DNA of 54,203 nucleotides, the filler included, from Sphacelaria rigidula (lineage: Eukaryota), in NCBI GenBank assembly GCA_964200075.2. It is 5 parts of 5 records of this genome, joined end to end, with 100 filler letters (N's around TTAATTAATTAA, not from the genome) between each part and the next. Parts side by side here need not be neighbours in the genome. Positions count along the whole stretch, not along the records: positions 43,446 to 54,203 come from CAXNAA020005964.1; 4 more parts are not named here. One strand, written 5' to 3'. Numbering within the stretch: position 1 is the first letter of the stretch; the number at the start of each line of letters is the position of its first letter. The notes under the pieces are model-generated. The model saw only the letters and a program-made list of their open reading frames with translations. It had not been told where the DNA came from and did no database searches. Position numbers and translations under genes: made by a program. Below are positions 51,101-54,203 of the stretch, piece by piece.

Positions 51101-53403
51101 TCTCGCCGGAAGCGAACTGTTTAAACAAGCTACGAAATCAATAGAAAACAACCCCACAAAAAAGCGTCAGCATACACGAGTGAAAAAGTGAAAAGTCTTT
51201 GCATTGTTAACAGTCTATGTTGCCGGGAGGAGCGACTGAACGAGTCATAATCCAACAATATAACACCTCGCAGCGAACTCCAGTATCTCCTTGTGCAAGA
51301 TAATCAGGGCGGTCTTCATCTGATCTTCCAGGAGCCGGTGGAGAAACTGTCGAGTCTTCAGGGCAACGCTGTCACTCTGCCAGTCACCTGCCACATGCAG
51401 CAAAACCAAGCGATCGATGTGGCACAAACGGCACGCTTTTACGACCAACCAGCCCGTAGAGGTGTAATCGTGTTATGGTAGCAACGATCCCGATAACAAA
51501 AAACGACGGGCCCCTGCCGTGTGGCTTCACGTGAGGAAATCGAGCGCGCACGAAACGAAACAACACAAAGCAACACGAGAAAGAACACACGAAAAACAAA
51601 AAATGAACAAAAACTAATGAAACGAGGAACAGAGATGGAAAGAAAACAGAGAACCAAGAATTTAGAAGAGAAAATAACCCAGCAGTAGAAGCAGAACATG
51701 AGCAGTGGACACAGCTGGGGAACATCGCTCAAGTCGCAAGCCAAGTAATCAAGTCAATAGCCGACAGGACAAGATAGGGGTATCAGATTCCGTGCTGCCC
51801 TCCGCTCCCCTCTTCATCCATACCTAGGCGCACAGCGGGTCACTCTCTCAACCATTCCCATCTTCGATATGCTAATCAAACCGAAGCAGCGCTCTGTGAT
51901 CGCTGCATGCAATCCCACGACCGTGCAGATGGCGCCATCAAGTGCAGTAGACGATAAGTGCTGTCGATTGGAGACTGTGCTTTTGCTTGGTAGTCAGCTC
52001 TGTGCCTTGGATGATGCAGTGGAGCTATTCAAAGCGCATGACGCTACGGCGAGGGTTGCATGGGTCCTTCGCAAAGAAACACTCACCCCTTGCATCGTCT
52101 GCCACACGCCGCGCCCTTTCCTCCTCTGATTGCTGAACAACCATCTGCAACGACCGTTCTCGTTCTGCTTCTTCCTCTGTCCTGTCAGGACCTACGACAA
52201 AGCGCGTCACACAACCCACGTCTCGTCATCGAAAAGAGCATGACAGGGGATTTGGAGAACATGACCTACGGAATATGTGTCCGTGAACCGACGGCAACGG
52301 AGAAGATTGTAGCTCACATACCACATGCTACAAGTGTACATGACACAGATTATAGACGATCGACCTGTTTCAATCTCAAACAAACGTGCCCCGGTTTTTC
52401 ACGAGGTCCATAACAATGAAGGTCCTGACAAATTAGTGACAAAACTCTTACCCGTGAAGCGGCATGTTTCCAGATGCTCGTTAAGAGAGCTCCTCGAGCA
52501 GCTGTGATCACAGCCAAGTATCGTGTTGGGACATACCACCTCGTACTCGCTTGCGTGCACCTGTACGGGAAGCCAAGCGGCACAGTTCCGGAGCATTCAT
52601 TCATCGGTGCCTCATTCAACAGGATATCCACCGGTGAGTGTCAATCATTGCATGTGCAATTTCGTACCTGCGTATCAGACTCGGAGTCTTCCGGTTCCTT
52701 GTTGTATCGACAACCCTTTGCCAAGTGATCTTCCAGCTCCGTGCGTAGACAGATGTGGCGACAACCAAGGGAAGAGTACGGACATGCAACCTCGTAGTCC
52801 AAGTCTACCGAGCTAATCGTTCCCTGGAACCAGTTCGTTCCTTCAATTGACAACAAAAACTGGCGGGTGGAGGGTGGAGGGTGGAGCGGGAGGGGGCAAA
52901 CTTCGTACCGTTAGTGGGAGAGGCTTGTAGATCAAACCAACACGGGTAAATGCCGCGTGTTCAACTCAAGGTTATATCATTTCTCGCGGGCCATTTGTAC
53001 CACCAGGAAGAGAACACAACAAGTGACGCACGCGTAGAAACCCTCCCCGAGCCCCAGTATGAAGAACAGCGAGCACAGAAGACCAACAGGACGATGCGTT
53101 ACCATTGACCATTATCTATTATACGTTTCCTGTGCCGCGTGTTTGAGAATCGGCGCACATCAGCATGTGTTGGAATGAGAGAATGGCTCATGCGCTTGTT
53201 ACCCCAGCCTGAAGAAAGCCAGCGATGTTTTAATTGAACGCAATATCTTTCGCAGAGTATAGTCAGATGCGAGAGGAAACTCGGTCGGCATTACACACTT
53301 GTTGTCCCGCTCGTCGCCTTTGCTCCTCGTCCATGGCCGATAGTGCCCATGCGCGTCGGGCCAGACGTTCACGGCATTCTTCCCGATCCATGTTTTCCAG
53401 AAT
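45137..53403 (-). CDS. Trf4/PAPD5 (TENT4)-like non-canonical poly(A) polymerase with two N-terminal TRAF-type zinc fingers (5' end outside the window)
   Basis: Phase-consistent exons: 53403-53299, 52823-52668, 52560-52452, 52191-52087, 51387-51267, 49864-49708, 49550-49002, 48804-48571, 48430-47871, 47503-47380, 47202-47017, 46852-46802, 45946-45650 and 45445-(45137 or an earlier donor). Motifs: LHKEILEF, PYGSWASGMMTPDSDVDLV (GS plus DxD), ARIPVIK, KFDITID, LTLVLKSLL, NDPFTGGLSSYGLILMV, LGELLLDFLHLFG, IVIEDPL..NNVGRSCF. Confidence 0.92.
46470..46720. mobile_element. MITE, family B, copy 2 (intronic, left TIR truncated)
   Basis: ctcatgagctac...taatcgaagag.ac.ctcagatgc...gcgtgctcggcgtcca.cgctgt.gggag...tcatgagctgtccggcgtg; matches the reverse complement of 41357-41618. 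Confidence 0.8.
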
Positions 53404-53594
53404 CTGCAAATATCGACACAGACATGACACCACAAGGAGGTTTGAGGTCGATGTTTTCATCAGTCTACCGGTGCTCACGGAAGATACTGTAGACTAGATT
53501 TGCACAAAAAGACCTCTCATTCCGTGCATGGCATGAGCACCAATCTCTCGTTCACGACCATTGATTGATCGATCGGTTGACTGTCGCGCATGAA

Positions 53595-53760
53595 CCCTTT
53601 TGGGACCGAACCCCCACTAACCAGGGGTGTACTCTTCGACTGCGAGCAGAGGTCCGTTTGCGGATCGGCATACTTTTCCACCGTTGCAAGTAAAAATTAT
53701 GCCGATTCACGATGGTCCCTCACCCCTGGTCAGTGGGGGTCAGGTCTGGTCCCAAAATGG
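53595..53760. mobile_element. MITE with CCC termini and degenerate TTAA-like flanks (piggyBac-like)
   Basis: tgaa|cccttttgggaccgaacccccactaaccaggggtg...cacccctggtcagtgggggtcaggtctggtcccaaaatgg|ttga. Confidence 0.7.
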
Positions 53761-54203
53761 TTGACAAATCCCCAGTGCACGTCAGGGATCTAGCCGTGAT
53801 CACAATAGACGTCCCCGAGGCAGTAGAAACGGAAGCATTCGCTAGAGACATGGACACACGAAAAAAATAGTCCCGACGGAATATAACGAGATAAAACTAC
53901 ACATGGCCGGCCCCTGCAGCATGGCTTCCGGTAAAGAAGGCCGTGCGCGAAACCGCCCACATACCCATATACAGAACAAAACAAACATGCAGTGGAAGCA
54001 GGCCGCGACTCTGCTATTTCGGAACCACACTGTCTAGGAATGGGCTGTCACCCACGAGTCCCGTGGAAGCAAGGCATAAATATTGCTGCTGTACAGCACT
54101 GGAACTTGGGGGGGGGGGGGGGGGGGGGACGAGGGGGGGGGGGAGAAGGGGGGCCGGGGGGGAAGGAAAAAAAAAAGCGAGGGAACCCAAGAAAAAAGAA
54201 AAA

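Noticed and set aside
50857-51116. Extra exon of the poly(A) polymerase gene
   Set aside because: The required phase-2 reading hits a stop, and exons 51267 and 49864 join directly into the expected EILEFAARCRLLE sequence.

Overview
Eukaryotic, intron-rich DNA. Gene style, repeat content and the Zn2Cys6 genes suggest a brown alga (Ectocarpus-like); this is an inference. The window is not one locus. Five contigs of 10763, 10762, 10761, 10759 and 10758 bp, in descending length, are joined by four artificial 100-nt N spacers that carry a TTAATTAATTAA all-frame stop linker, so nothing can be inferred across the spacers. Contig 1 holds a minus-strand multi-exon Ala/Glu/Arg-rich coiled-coil gene with one in-frame TGA. 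Contig 2 holds a many-small-exon gene of unknown function head-to-head with exon 1 of an MFS transporter, followed by nested repeats (tRNA-derived SINEs, MITEs). Contig 3 holds long inverted repeats, a 58-bp near-perfect palindrome and a dead chromodomain-bearing Ty3/Gypsy retrotransposon. Contig 4 holds a MULE/Mutator transposase pseudogene beside two divergent Zn(II)2Cys6 first exons placed symmetrically around a ~1 kb inverted-repeat core; this is the most interesting structure. Contig 5 holds a gene of at least 14 exons fusing two TRAF-type zinc fingers to a Trf4/PAPD5-like non-canonical poly(A) polymerase, with a probable GC-AG intron. All exon models were built by eye from splice signals and reading phase.
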